From the NCBI RefSeq assembly GCF_009914755.1, contig NC_060928.1: 64,000 nucleotides of DNA, one strand, 5' to 3'. A program made the translations under genes and the position numbers. The notes below the pieces were generated by a model. That model had not been told where the DNA came from, searched no databases, and saw nothing but the letters and a program-made list of their open reading frames with translations. Below, piece by piece: positions 1 to 14,486 of this stretch. Within the stretch, counting starts at the first letter, position 1. Each line of letters begins with the position of its first letter. This stretch comes from the human T2T-CHM13v2.0 reference genome, Homo sapiens.

Positions 1-1372
1 TTGTCATTGGATTGTCAGACTTGAGTTTTTCTTATGTTGTAAATACGTAGGTGCTGTGAAGAAATTTTCACCCTGTGGGGAAAAAGTTTTGAATAGATGT
101 AATCTCTTGATTCTCAATATTGCTTAAGATGAGTTCATCTCTCTTAGAACAAAGGCAATGAGAGGTTTGATGCCAGGAAAGTTGGGAGAGCTGGGCAATC
201 TTAGAAAGAGACCTGGGCACTAAGAGGAATTTGCATCCAGGCAGTAGTTCCAGAATTGGCAAATCAGTATTATGTTTGTGTATATATTATATACACATCT
301 TGGCAATGTAGAACAAGATAAGCTACATTTTATCTTCTAGAATTTGATAGCCAAAATCACAGGTCAGAATTTTAAAGTAAACAGTTTTACTATTTCCTCT
401 TCTTGTAGATCTAAAAACAGTGTCCCTTTAAGTCATTCCTGGTGTTTCAGAGAGACCATCAGAGCATGGCTTTGTATCCACAAAAAAAAAAAAAAAGGCT
501 TCAGAACTGGGGGCACTGGAAGACAAAGTAAATGCACATAAAGGTAATGCATTCTCAGAACATGTAGAAGGGGATGGTGAATTTATGTAGCTATTCCCCA
601 TTTTACTCTTTCTAAACAGATATAAGACAGTACTAGCTGGTAGTATTTTTCCCTAAGAATTAAATGTTGTTTGTTTCATAAACCTATAATATTTTTATAG
701 TTTGGCAGCAGTGACTTTGGAATGAAAGCCAACTTCAGATGCCAACTCTACCATTTTGAAACCGTGGAGACTTGTGCTAATTGTTTAATTTTTGAGCTTT
801 GTTTATTTGTAAAATGTGTGGAACAGTACTTACCTCAAAGGCTGTTGAGATTATTAAACTGCTTATGAGAAAGCTTGCTACCTAGTAGGTGTTTGTTAAA
901 TGTTAAATGTATTCAATGAATTAGGAAGTAATTTATATCCAAAATTTCAGTGCTAAAGTGCAGAAATAAATACAGGAAACAGTTGTTTGATTCCAGGTTA
1001 CTTGGGAATTTTGAAAAGGTGCTCCACTTGTTACTTTTCTTTAGCCTGTTACTTGATGTCCTTTTCCAGAGCACTTTAGAATAACTTGGCTCAGAGCACT
1101 GAATTTGGGGAATATTCAAGACTCCAAGAAATTAGTGCCCTCTAAAATAGCAGTTGAGTGGAGTCATGAGGTCTGAATTCATTTTTGTAATTATTTGCTG
1201 TTACAATTATATTATGAATACAAATAGCTACTATTTATTTCTGGCTACTGTGTGCCAGGGACTGTACTGAACACTTTATAAACATTATGTCACTTAATCC
1301 CTGTAGTACAGGCATTATGGTTCTCATTGTGCACATGAGAAAATGAGATACACTGTGTTAAGAAATAAGTCT

Positions 1373-1705
1373 GGCCCGGCATGGGCATGGTGGCTCACAC
1401 CTGTAATCCCAGCACTTTAGGTGGCAGAGGCGGACGGATCACGAGGTCAGGAGTTAGAGACCAGCCTAACCAACATGGTGAAACCCCATCTCTACTAAAA
1501 ATACAAAAATTAACTGGGCATGGTGGTGCGTGCCTGTAATCCCAGCTACTCAGGAGGCTGAGGCAGGAGAATCGCTTGAACCCAGGAGGTGGAGGTTGCA
1601 GTTAGCCAAGCCGAGCTGAGCCGAGATCGCGCCATTGCACTCCAGCCTGGGTGACAGAGTGAGACTCCACCTAAAAAAAAAAAAACAAAACAAAAAACAA
1701 AAAAC
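1373..1705 (+). mobile_element. AluS element inserted in a MIR remnant
   Basis: Dimeric Alu consensus with A-tail; small internal duplications (ggcatg x2; gccgag x2). Confidence 0.95.
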
Positions 1706-1829
1706 GTCTAACCTAACCTTCCATAGCTGTTAAGATTTAAAAGCCAGGATAGTGCTGTCTCAGATGAGCATCTGTGATTTGCTACCTGTGTTAATCGGGA
1801 TGATAGCTTAGCTTTCTGAAATGCTAATA

Positions 1830-2063
1830 CAGGTTGAGTATCCCTTAATGGAAATGCTTGGGACCAGAAGTGTTATGAATTTCAATTTTTTTTGAGCTTT
1901 GAATATTTGCATTATGTGTAATAGTTGAGTATCCCACATCTGAAAATCTGAAATTCAAAATGCTCCAATGAGCATTTCCTTTGAATGTCATGTCAGCGCT
2001 CAAAAGTTTCAGATTTTGGAGTGTTTCAGATTTCAGATTTTTGGATTTGGGATATTCAGCCTA
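1830..2063 (+). mobile_element. Tigger4a/Zombi-type non-autonomous Tc-Mar DNA transposon
   Basis: TIRs caggttgagtatccc / gggatattcagccta, TA on both sides, 234 bp. Confidence 0.85.
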
Positions 2064-2199
2064 TACAACATAGAGCTTATTGAGGGTGTGGTGTGTATTT
2101 AGAATCTTTGACATATTTTATACCTCAGGGCTTGGCAAGGTTCAAGGAATTGATTATATATGTACAGTGACAAATTTTATGAAATAATTTTTCTGGTGT

Positions 2200-2822
2200 T
2201 TTTTTTCCCTTCAGCTTTTAAGTTCTGGGGCTACATGTACAGGATTTGCAGGTTTGTTACATGAACGTGTGGCATGCTGGTTTGCTGCACGTATCAACCC
2301 ATCACCTAGGTATTAAGCCCAGCATGCATTAGCTATTCTTCCTGATGCTCTCCCTCCCCCTGCCCCGCTGACAGGCCCCAGTGTGTGTTCACCCCAGGTG
2401 TCCATGGGTTCTCTTTGTTCAGCTCCTACTTATAAGTGAGAACATGCGTTTTTTGTTTTTTTTTTTATTCCTGCATTAGTGTGCTGAGGATAATGGCTTC
2501 CAGCTCCAACCATGTCCCTGCAAAGGACAGGATCTTGTTCCTTTTTATGACTGCATAGTATTCTAATATATATACACCACATTTTCTTTATCCAGTCTAT
2601 TATTGGTGGGCATTTGGGTTGATTCCATGTCTTTGCTATTGTGAATAATGCTGCAGCAAACATACTCGTGCGTGTATCTTTATAACAGAATGATTTGCGT
2701 TCCTTTGGGTATATACCCAGTAATGGGATTGCTGGGTCAAATGGTATTAATATTTCTGTTTCTAAATCTTGGAGGAATCACCACATTGTCTTCCACAGTG
2801 GTTGAACTCATTTACACTCCCA
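2200..2822 (-). mobile_element. 5'-truncated L1PA (ORF2 C-terminus + 3'UTR)
   Basis: Minus ORF MFAAALFTIAKTWNQPKCP is the L1 ORF2 end; TSD ttttctggtgtttt on both sides. Confidence 0.92.
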
Positions 2823-2898
2823 TTTTCTGGTGTTTTGATTTTGACTTTTGTTCATCCAAGATAAGTGTAAAATAGCTGTAGAATACCTATATCTAAAT

Positions 2899-3069
2899 CA
2901 CTGTTTCTTAGTCTTGGCTACACAAAAGAATCACCTGAGGAGCTTTAAGATGTAAACCAAAGAAAACAAAACAGACTCCAAAGCCTGTTACTCATTCCCA
3001 GATATTCTGATGTGAGCTAAACAGTGCCTTAAGTCTTCTGGAGACCAACCCGGGTTGGACCCAGCCCTG
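2899..3069. mobile_element. MER5A-like hAT-Charlie remnant
   Basis: Motifs cttggc..cac...agaatcacctgaggagcttt and gatattctgat resemble MER5A. Confidence 0.55.
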
Positions 3070-4057
3070 AGATTTGGACTGAGGTGCTGGGAAGGACTGA
3101 GATCAGTCCTCTGCAGGGTCTCATTTTGCTTGGTAGTCTGGCTCTGCAGTTTGGGGTTGCCTCCACACCTCACCCCCCACACCCTTTCCCCAACACCCTC
3201 ACTTCAAACTGGAGGAAAGAGGTGGGGCAGTTTTCAGCATTTGCGCTGTTCCAGTCAGTATGATCCTGTAAGAGGGTCTGTTTGGAAGGTTTTCATCTGT
3301 CCATCACCAGTTGTTGGGATATAACTTTTTCATTGCTAATTTATGCTTTGGATATACTGGCTGTGTGTATGGTTTGGTTTTCTATTCTGGTGACATCCTA
3401 GAGGCATCTGCCATATTTGTAAACATCAAACATATTAGTAGGTAAGCCAGGGAGCTGTTTTAAATGTCACAGGTGCCATTTTTTTTATTTTTCCAGTGGA
3501 GTCATATTTCCTGGCTTTTCTTCTCTCCTTCACTGTTATCGGACTTCTCAATTTAACTGCTCTCCTGTTCCCACCACCCCACAACCTTCTTACATCTGAA
3601 CAATGACAGATGACAGTAAATCCAGCTGTGGATAATAGTCCAGGCAGCAGAGGATTTTTTAGGCAGATAAGTAGTTTGCTATTGGCCAGAGTGGTCTATT
3701 GGAACACAGATTTTGTGGAAACATGGTGTTGGCAGGTTACCAGTTGGAGCAATAAATTAAATTTTCACTAGCACATATTTGTCTACAGTAACTTAAATCA
3801 TTTTTTAAAAATTTCATTTACACATGAGGGGGCAGTATGGGACTATAAAGCAAATGCTGTCTTTGAAGTAGCTTATTTTTATTGGTATATAATAGTTTTT
3901 AGGTGCGAACTTTTTGACTGTGCAATTAAAACTCCAGCATTGTTGTTAGTTGTTCAGCAATACACATATGTAAGTGATATACCCTCACTTGTATCGAAGG
4001 TTGTGTACCACTTTTAATATAAAAAATATAAAACAGTGAGACATTCTCACAGTGCTT

Positions 4058-4215
4058 TTTGTTTTTAAATTATACATGTGCAGAACGTGCAGGTTCTGGG
4101 ATAGATGTGCAGAACGTGCAGATTTGTTACATAGGTATACATGTGCCATGGTGGTTTGCTGCATCCATCAACCCGCCCTCTAGGATTTAAGCCCCACATA
4201 CATTAGGTATTTGTG
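4058..4215 (-). mobile_element. Short L1PA 3'-end fragment with internal duplication
   Basis: tacatgtgcagaacgtgcagg...tttgttacataggtatacatgtgccatggtggtttgctgca is the L1 3'UTR end; atgtgcagaacgtgcag occurs twice. Confidence 0.85.
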
Positions 4216-5171
4216 GGTTTTATATTCATGTTTTGTTTAAAGCTGGCTGGCTTTCTTCCTGTTTTCTGCTTCCACCTGAGGAACGTCAGCCCTTTGGAGA
4301 TGCAGCTTCTATTAGGTTGATATCTCTAATGTATTTTACTTTATGACTTTATTGAAGAATGAAGGGCCTGCAGCATTGCTGGAAGGAAGCCTCTGAACTG
4401 GGGTCTCACAGCTATGGAGGGTCTATTATCAGTCACCTCTGTGTGATATGCTTTCTTTGTGGCACAAATTGCTTTTCTCAAAAGAAGAAATTTGCTAAGC
4501 AAAGGAGCAGCACATTTTAATTAATGTTGTTATTACTGATCTGTGAATGACATTATAGATAGATCAAGGTGCTAATATTCTAGGTTTCATAAATGAAAGG
4601 GGAAATAAAAGAGGGGTTAGAGGGTATTAAATGAATTGATAAAATCCAGAAAACATTTTATGAAAAATGTAAATGGGAAGCTAGAAAGGTAATTTCATAA
4701 GCATAGGCTATTTTTAAATGTGTAAAAAGTATTTGCAGTCATATGTTTCTGTTTACGTAGTTTGGAAAAAATTGAGGCCAACGTTTTGGTGTAAATATAA
4801 CCTTCCATAAAATTTAATGGAATACTTGTTTTTACTGTTTTATCCTGGCTGCCTCCTTTGGAGATGAAGGGCTGTGGTACTGTCTATATCTGCTAAAGAT
4901 AGTTTTATTTGTTTAGTTTTGGAATGAATTATTTGATATATAACAATCTGATGTTGTTTTGATTTAAATTTAATCAGAGATTTTATTTTGGAATCTTCTG
5001 TTAAAAAAATAAAAGGCTATGACCTCTTCCCTTCATTGGAAGGAATGGATTTTGGGCTCTAGCCTGTCTTGAATGAACTCCAAATCAAATGTTGTGGTGC
5101 TGGTTTACTGGAGTAACACACAGGTTTCTGTTCATGGTAAATAATTCCTGTCCTTTATGCTTTGTTGGAAG

Positions 5172-5322
5172 ATTTTTCGGACGCCGCCCGATACTACATT
5201 CCCTGAGCCCACCTGCCTGTCAGCATCACCCCCAAATGCGCCACCAAGGCAGTCGAAGAGACAAGGCCAGAGAACCAAGAGGCCCGTGGCCGTCTACAAT
5301 CTTTGTCTGGAGCTGGAAGATG
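5172..5322 (+). CDS. ARHGAP10: ARHGAP10 (GRAF2) internal coding exon, post-GAP Pro/Ser-rich linker (IFRTPPDTTF...LCLELED-G), 151 nt, phase 0->1
   Basis: AG at 5170-5171; donor G|GTAAGA at 5323; CpG-richer than flanks; joins the next exon in frame (G+GT=Gly); peptide recognised as GRAF2. Confidence 0.93.
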
Positions 5323-8300
5323 GTAAGATGTTAATGATATTTTTTGCTTGATAGCATGTTGAGAGTATGGCGTATCATATGTCGTCAGGGCAGGCCACAG
5401 TTTTCTGTCATCTGTGTTTTAATTTCTTCTTCCCTTAAGATTATAATTTTGAGATTTACAGGGAGGGTGAAGCTTTTTTGTAAGGGAGAAAACGCAAGTT
5501 TCGGTTTTGTGTTTGTCTTTGTTATGCATGGTTCTTTTTTTATTTTTAAAAGACAGCTTAAATTTCTTTTTTGGGAGACTTGTGTGACCTCCTGTGAGGT
5601 TACATAACCCTGAGACAAATGGAAGGGGAACTAAAATTAAAGCAGATCTTTTATGAGAGGAGCGGATGGAGTCTCATGTTAAATGCATCTAGATTAAAGG
5701 CACAGTTCACCATCGCTCTGGGGTTTATGGCTTGTGTGCCTTACTTGCCCCATTTTTCTGACTTGTTCATCAGGCAGAATGCTTCATCTTATGGCAGGGG
5801 TGGCAGGTTGACCTGCCTACCTGGGCCAGGCTTGTGGGAACTGGGCTGCAGTGGAACTCTGGCCAGTGGAAGTTCTCACGTCCCTTCCGAGCCATGCTGT
5901 TCAGCTAATCGTTGCCACGTGGCCCTGTTGTTTCAGTGTTGCCAGATTGCCCAGTTTTTACAAAGCCTAGAAATCTGAGTTTTCAACACTGATCCATACA
6001 AAACAAGACTGGGAGCTGTGCACACGCCTCCCATTGCTAATTTGTAATCATATGGTTATTGGTGTGGAGAATAAGATGATTCTGGTATCCAAACCTGCGT
6101 TTTCAGTATGCAGCCTGAAGCTGTGACTCGTGTTGTGAGGCCTTCCTCTTATTGAGAACATTTGCTGAATTTGAAAGTAGTCTTCATTCTTCTTCTAGTC
6201 CTCTTTTTCAAAAAAGAGAATCTTTCATTTATTATCCTTGAGCTACCCAGGTTACCTTAGTTGGGAAGTGTGAGATTAGCAGAGTGAGGAAGGGGATGAG
6301 GATGGTGACAGATACCATGCCTTCATCATAGGCAGCTGCATGCACACACCAGGTGGTTAATATCCAGAGATCCACGCAAGCAGGTGACAACTGTCTTCAG
6401 CTTACCTGACTTAGAGGTATCTCTAGGAAGACTCGGAATGCCTCCTGTAATGACACAGGGGGACTAAAATGTGGGATTCTTTTATATTGCTTAAGACGTA
6501 GGTACATATGATACAAATATTAGTTTTACAATTGGATAGTTAATTTCCAGAGGAAGGGCATGAATCATTACAATTAAGCTATAATTTCAGAACTTCCTTT
6601 TAGACACTCATTTCAACTTCTGATCCTAGCTAACTTTTTTATTCTGTCTCTTTCTTACGTTCATTCTTTCTCAGCAGAGTTGTTAATAAGGAGTAAAACT
6701 GACTGTTTTGAATTGCACCTTCTCTTACACCTCACTTGTCCTCTGATGGAAGTGTTAATAAATAGTGAAATAAGCAAATGTTGGAAAGTAGGAAAGGAAA
6801 AAGAAATCAAGAAGACACAGAATACCTCAAATGGCTCATTGGCCCTTGAGCAAAATGGAATTGACTGTATTTCATGAGGTAGATGACTAAAGAAGGACGT
6901 TTTGGTCTTAGGATCACGTCTACTATTTTGATGTTCTTAGCAATGGAATCGTAATATCCAGTCAAATTTATTTAGTGGATTAACCTTTTGATCATTGGAT
7001 TGCTAAGTGATTATTAATGGTAAGAAGTTTCTGTAGTGGTATTTAGCATATCTCTTATGGGAACACTCAAGCTAGTGTACAATCACAGCCTTCCTAACTT
7101 GTAGGTGATAAAATAATTCGTTAAAATTACTTGATTTTTAAGGGAAAGGATTGTCAGCTACTTAACTTCTTTAGTCTGGTTTTTATGTTCATTATTTGCA
7201 TGATGTTTTGTTCTACATTTTGTATTTCATGAAGTATTTTATAGCTTTATATTCATCCTTGGTTGCAACTTTGGGATTTTTTTTTTTAAGTTGTCAGAAT
7301 CAGGAAAACTCTTAAGTTTGGTCATAGTGATTTAATCTTATGTTAGAGGTTATATGATAAGATAAAGCAACTTAAAACTATTATTCTCCCTTGCCCTCAG
7401 TTTTTTGTAGTTAAGTTTTAGTTGTGTGAAAAAATAGTTATTTCAGAGAGAACAGAGTAGGGTCTATATTTTGTCATAGGCTTTTTATATTTTACATATT
7501 CTAAAAAAAAAAGAAAAGTGAATACATTTATTTGAAAGGAAGCATATAGGAAAAGAATACTAAAAAAACTTTCATGTTATTGAATGTCACTTAGCATATT
7601 GAAAATTTTACTGCCAGAAGAAGATGTATTCTTGTCATTACGACTTAATTTTTTTTAAAGTAGCTTGAATCATATAATTGTCAAAACGACTTGAAGGTTT
7701 CAAAAAGTTTAATTTTTTTGTATTTTTTTCTTATTTTAGTAGTGAAGTGACTTCCCATGTTAATCTAGTTTGTGTTAAAATATGCATTATTATAGACAAC
7801 TTTGGTTGATTATTTTTCCAAATGTTCTAGTTTATATGGGACAGATAGAAAATGTGTATACAAATATGCTTCTCTCTTCCCTGCCCCCGCCCCGTGACTC
7901 ATTGTAGTGTAAGTTAATTTGAATTAATTAAATACAGGATGAATAGTTTTTGCTTATAAGTTAGGTGTAGACTATCTGCCAAGATTTGAGGAACTGGATT
8001 GGATGACTGGAGATGTTCTTCAGGCCTATGATTTGGTCAGAGATTTGGTATTTGAGTGAAGTGGTTTGTGGTATGTTATTTCTTCTTCTGCACTGAGTAG
8101 AGTATGAAACTGTGTGATGTCCCAAACAGCCAGTCTTGGAACACACTCGGAATTGGTTTCAGTTCAGCATCAGGCAGATCAAAAAAGCATCAGCGAAGAG
8201 TCAGCAAGCCTGTTAGCATGTGTCACAGTAGGATGGGCCTGGATGCAGAAAACCCAGCATGAAGCCGGAGGGGAGATCCTCTGCTGGGAGACATGTTTTC

Positions 8301-10269
8301 TGTTATGTTCATTCAACCTCACCCCCACTCCCAATTGAGAGATGACCAGTTTAACTAAATAAACCGAGTGTCTTTACTTTAGTAAAGACTTCCATCGGCA
8401 TTGGCGCATCTAGCCATACTGTGTATGCTCATTATTTTTCTTTGCAATATATGATTAAATGATATTAAATTTATTTGCAAAAGACTGTAAAATTCTAGTT
8501 ACTTGCTTAAGCTTCTTTATTGATGATTAATATGAACTAAAATGGATATAGTATCTGGCTAGTTTTCTTAAATTAGAGCAGCTGTTAAATCTTTGTGAGA
8601 TTCTCATCTTTTATTTTGTTGAAGCCATATTGCTCATTTTTCATATAACATTTAATCTCAACATCAAAGCTGAGTAGATTTGGCTAAGTCAGTTATGAAA
8701 AAGCAAAATATGACGTAGGCTGCTAAGTGCTGAAAAGATTAGAAATCAAAGGTTTGCTTTCATTTCATTTTCAAGTTATATCCCATGTTTTTATTTCTTT
8801 AGAACTACTAGTAAGATAACTCTAAAAATGTTAAATATATGTTATGTGTTTATTTTCTCCTGCCCCCACTCCAAGTGCATGTCCTTACAATCTCTTACAT
8901 AAAGAGGGGCTGTTGTGTTTATTGTAATTCCCCCAAATACAAGGAAAGTTCAGGAGGCTATATGAGATCAAAGTGATCTTTGTTATTTTTCATTCAAGGC
9001 AGAAGAAATTTTAAGCAAAGGTCTGGGGAGTCGGGGAGAAGAGGATTACCATCTGAATCTCTTTCTTCATGCTAGTTCTAATTTTAAACAAAACTAGACA
9101 TTTACAGAACTAGGTTTTATATGTATCTTCTGGTGTAATTAAGTATTCTTTGCCTGTCTTCTTTTGTAACATGATACAGCAGCTTATTTAGGCAACTTAA
9201 AAAAATATGACTTATAGTGAGTTGAAAACAAAATCATCTTGCAAGCCAATTGGCAAGATTTAATAACATTTGAGTGTTGGTCTTACTTGGGTATCGTCGG
9301 GTTGGCACTTTAACATTTGGATCACGAATGTGCTAACTGCAGCACATTTTGTTGAGCATGTGTTATTGTAGTCCTACAGCGTGGTAGATACCGTGATGAG
9401 GATACAGAGCCTTCTCAGCAAAAAAATGAAAATACTACTGTTGAGCGGGGCAGAGATGGATAAACAATGACACGTGATCATTTCCTTGTATCCTAAGTAG
9501 GAACATATCTTGATCTAGGTGAGTCTCTAAAATCAGAGTAGGACAAATATGTCATATATAGATGTCCTTTCAGCCTGAGTAATATCAAATTAGAACTTTG
9601 AATAATTAGCTAAAATTTAAATGTCACACGTCAACGAGAGCAATGCTGATGATATAAATTAGCCGTCTTAGGTAGGTTGAAAGAATTTGGTTTGATTTTG
9701 AGGCATGAGCAAGAGAACAGAAAACTAGAAAGCAGGCCACTGTGCGGTCTTTTTAAATGTAGATTTTTAATTCTAAACGATGGAATGCTGTTAGCCATTT
9801 GGAAGTTTTTTTTGCCTCTACCATTTATTAGTGGTTTTTATTATACTAGATATGAAAATCAGAATTATACTGCATATCAATTGAAGAGCTTTTATATGCT
9901 CCACATCCTGCCACATACGGTTTTTCCTTTAAAGGAGCTAATTTTCTGTTCCCATTCTGTTTGTCACTGCAGTGAAATAAGAAACAACGTGGCAGTAAGT
10001 GCCCAGTGCTAGCTCTGAGGAAGGGAAGTCTGTAGGGGGTGCTTTCTGGTTTCCTTGAAATGAGCTGTTTCGGCAGTTGGGTGGGAAAGGGTTTCAGGTA
10101 AGGGGAGTAGCGTGACTGAGGCATGGCAGGAGCAGAGAGCCGGAGCCAGGTGTGAGGGTAGGAGATTCCCTGATTAGAAGGGGACAGTGTTGACAGTTGT
10201 GAATGATGGGCGGAACTGATGTGAAAGACTTAGACCCAGGAGAGACAGCTTAAGGGACAAATGGGTGGA

Positions 10270-10455
10270 TTGGAGCCTGGGCTGGGGAATATGTATCCTG
10301 ACTGTATACTCATGGACAAATTGCTTACCCTCTCTAAATCTATTTTATTAGCTACAAAATCAGGGTAATAATAGTATCTACCACTGAGGATGGTTGAGAA
10401 GGTTCAGTTGTTAATGTGTTTAGCCTAACGTCTGGCACATAGTAAGCACTCGAAC
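10270..10455 (+). mobile_element. MIR SINE remnant
   Basis: Core motifs ggacaaattgcttaccctctct, taataatagtatcta, ctggcacatagtaagcactc. Confidence 0.7.
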
Positions 10456-12820
10456 TCTAGCTGCTGCTGTAGGGTAGTATTCTTAAAGCCAGGGAAAGGT
10501 GCTTTAGGTTTAAAATGATAAGAGGAACCACTGAATATTTTTCAGCAAGGGAGAAGAGTTGTAACATTTTGAAAATAATACTTAAGAAACTTAATCTGAC
10601 TTAATCTGCCAGTAGAAATCTGAAAGGCAGCCATGGTAAAAGGCTGATGAAGTAATTTAGGCTGAGGTTGAAGTGGGCTTGAATTAGCACTAGAAAGCAA
10701 AAATAAAATGGATATCTGGGAGAGATGTTAAAGCAAATCGGGGACTTCTCAACTGACTAGATGGAGAGATCAAGGCAGATAAAGTGGACATTATTCGCCA
10801 CAGATTAGGCTCATAGGTAAATCTATCATTGTGTTTATGTTTTTGTTTTTATCTTCAGTTTTTTCCTTGCAGCTTAAAAACAGACCATCTTTCCATCAAA
10901 AGGAAGGAAACATGCCATTTTGTTAGTGTGTTCAATACGTATTCTTATGCGTAACTGCTTTGAAAAATAGGTTTAGTAAAAAATGGTGTAGAATGTCTTG
11001 GTATAAATAGTGTATATGGAAATAGTGTATATGGGAAAGTCAGTAGAAAGAGAGAAATAGTAAATAGTTACTAAAATATTCCATGTGCTTAGAAAAAGAA
11101 CAGTCCTATAACTATGAGCAAAGTACAGCTCATTTTTCTCCAATTTTTCCTCACAGGCACATATATCCACGTTCATCCATAGGCTCATATTAAGGGATGG
11201 GAGGCCACTCACTCTAGTGAGACCCTTCATTAGAAGCCAAGGATAGCTCACATTCACGGCAGCGGTGCACTCTGTAATCTCAGCTCCCAAGAGAGCATCT
11301 ATAGAATGCCTCTTTATGAAAATGTGCTTTCATAAGTGAATTGTAACTACTCTGTCTTTCCCACGATGTTAGCAGGACACAAACTATGTGGAGGTGTGAG
11401 AAGGACAACTGGAAAACCATTGTTGGCATGGATTTTCGTTGACATTCTGTAGCTATAGATGTTTCCTTGTAAACATGTGATCAGCTTGATGCAGATTATA
11501 ATCAATCCAGGTAACTGGACTAAGCAGACCTTTGCATTAAGATGGGCAGTCTGTCTTTTCTCCATGCTTACCAATTTTTTTTTGGCATGGCATTTCATGG
11601 GTGGGCTCTGGATAATAACTTCCCAAGCCCAGAAGCCCTTTGCCATCTCCTCACAGCAGTGTTATGATTCCTTGACATGGAATTACTGTGTTGTGAAGTT
11701 TAATCTAAGACCAGGCTTGAATGTGTGACAGTATATGTAGACAGATTATTTCTTAACTCACTTTTACAATGATGAGATCAATGGGTTGGAAAAGGCAGCC
11801 AGAAGATTCAGGGCTGTAATTGAGTTGTGGCGTGCCTAGAAATTATGTGGGATGCCTCCCCTGCGTTGGTGTCTCCCCAGAAACCTCCCGTGAGGCTCAG
11901 CATCCCCCCCCCCACCAACCCCAATGCTAGTGACAAAGTGAAAGGCAACTTCTTCTATTGCTTCCTATGTAATTTTAACTGTGCTTCTGTGTGGGATGAA
12001 CATTTCCCCCTTTCTGTGGAGGAGGAAAAAAAAAAAGCTTATTTAATGCCTTTAAAAAAAATACATAGCTGCTTCTGTGGTGAAAATAAGTTCATGGCAG
12101 GTAACTCAGATTTATAGAAGAGAGAAAAATTCTTTAAAGCTTCTCTCCCTGTGGAGTGGGTTTTTTCTCCACTTCTAATAGCTTTTATTTTAATTTCTAG
12201 TTCTGAATTCAAGCAGCTGTCACTCTCTTTATAGCCCCCTTTGAAACTCTTGTGGCGTAGGAGGTAGCTGGGCTGTCTAAGAAACATCTTTTCAAACCAA
12301 CCAAAGTATTGTTTATCCTGAATGAAATGGAATTTTAAGGCTGTCAAGAGTGACTGATTTGAAACGTTTTCTTTGATAGCCAGGAAGATGAGCAGAAATC
12401 TTGAGGGAGAAGGTATTTCTCTGTGTAACCAATTCCAAGTGACTTCTGTTGCTCTGAAAACTCTATGGCCCATGATTAAAATGACCATGATCTAAGAGTG
12501 TTGTGTACAATTAATAGAACAAAGCCAACCTGTGGCCAGTTCATTTTTACTTACTGAATTCTTACCAGCTGTTGAGGAAAAAGAAATGATGCAAGACTGA
12601 GGCAATGCCAGAGAACACTCCTTGTATTTATCATCAGTTGTCTTCAGTTGGCTTTTCTTAGTTCTGGGTTGCATCTTTGCAGCCTGGTTCCCTCTGCATG
12701 CTCATTCTACCTTCCTTTGTGCCCTCCTAGGCTGTATTAAGAAGCAGTACAGGGTCACCTTTAGATGAAAGAAAAAAAAGAAAAAAAAAAACCATTTAAG
12801 CCTATTAAAATGAAATTTGG

Positions 12821-12987
12821 GGCCAGGCCTAGTGGCTCACTCCTATAATCCCAGCATGTTGGGTGGCCGAGGTGGGAGGATCAGCTGGGCCTGGGAAGTT
12901 GAGGCTGCAGCGAGCCGTGATTATACCACTGCACTCCAGCCTGGGTGACAGATCAAGACCCCATCTCCAACAACAACAACAAAAAAA
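12821..12987 (+). mobile_element. Alu monomer (FRAM-like or left/right-arm fusion)
   Basis: Single ~145-bp arm with (CAA)n/A tail; imperfect TSD aaaatgaa(a/t)ttt. Confidence 0.85.
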
Positions 12988-13214
12988 TGAATTTTGAGAC
13001 TGGCATTTTGGATCTACTAATAGTCTTTAAAATCAGCAGCACAAGTTTTTGAGCATGAAATGTGCTTATGGTAATGATTTTTATTTTTAAAGAGAAATAG
13101 TGATTATTTAAGTCTGTTTATTATCTTGGCTATTTTTTAAAAGGTATATTCTTTTTCTTAAAATCTTTAGTAGTTCATGCAGGAGTATGATACAAAATTC
13201 AGAGAGTAATAACT

Positions 13215-13445
13215 TTGAACAGTTATGTATTAGCATATTATATACCAAGTACTGTTATTGGCAATATTTATTAAACTTAGATAATATCCAGAACAATCCT
13301 ATAGGTAGTATTATTATCCCTATTTTATAGTTCAGGAAACTGAGGCATAGAGAAGGCCAATAACTCACCCACATCTGTGACAAAGCTAGGATGGAACCCA
13401 GGCAGTCTGATTCCAGGGTCTGGGTTCTTAATCACTCTACTAGAG
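13215..13445 (-). mobile_element. MIR SINE remnant
   Basis: tattattatccctattttatag..ggaaactgaggcatagaga core. Confidence 0.75.
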
Positions 13446-14486
13446 TGCTGAACATAAGGGCAACTGTGAACTTCTCTTCCCTGGAGTCAACAGACATTGC
13501 CATTTGTCTTGTGGTTCCTTTCAGAGTTACTCTGTGCATTTCTAACAATGCTATTTATTTTTTAATTTTAAGAATGATTCTTAGTTTTTCCATTTAAAAA
13601 ACAAATGTTTAGTGTTGTAAGGGAGTCACAGCTGTGGTCTTGATCCAGGAGATAAAGGAGAAGGAAGAGCCAGAGAGGACTATGGTTTTCAATGTGGGAC
13701 ATAAAACACTGTAACAAGCATGGGCCCTCCAGGAGAAAAATCCAGGCCTGTTTTTTTATGAGAGAAAGGGGAGGGAAGTGACCCATTTTATTTCAGTGAT
13801 ATTAAGTACTGCAAAAGCATTTTATTGTAATTTATGCCACCACTTACCTAAATGAACAAACATCTGGTCATGGATTGGTTGTAGTGAGGATATCTCAGGT
13901 ACCTTATGCTTTAACAGGCTGTTAGAAAGTGAACACAATTTGGAATTTGATGCTGCCCAAATATATGAGATTTTGCTGTTGCTTTTCTGTTTTCTCCTCC
14001 CACTCCTCTCCCCTTCTTTCTTTATTAAAAATAATTTAAAAAATAAATAATATATTACCATATATGAAAACTCAAAAAGTATAAAAAGATACAAAGTGGA
14101 AAGATCTATTCCATCCCATTGACTCAGTGCCTGCGTCTGCAAGCCAGATCTGTAGCCATTGATGTTCATGGGTTGAACCACATAAAATTGCCATCTTTTA
14201 GGTAAAAAATTATCTAATATTGGCAATTTCAACTGTCCCCCCCCCCGCCCCCCCCATATTGTAGGCCAAACGTTGTAATCATTGAGAATTTCATGTAGTT
14301 CAACTTGTGGTTTCTCAAATCCTTCTAGAGTTGAGATGTAAATTGGATTGATGATCAGTTATTAGCAAGTCTGTACCTTGTGAAACTGCTGTAGGTATAT
14401 GCCAAACATGATTGAATATCATCATTTTTATATGGTTCAACCTATAGTTTCCTGTCCTTCTAGAATTCTTTATTTTTATATATAAG

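Noticed and set aside
2430-2663. ORF similar to a known protein
   Set aside because: It is the C-terminal remnant of L1 ORF2 in a truncated L1, not a host gene
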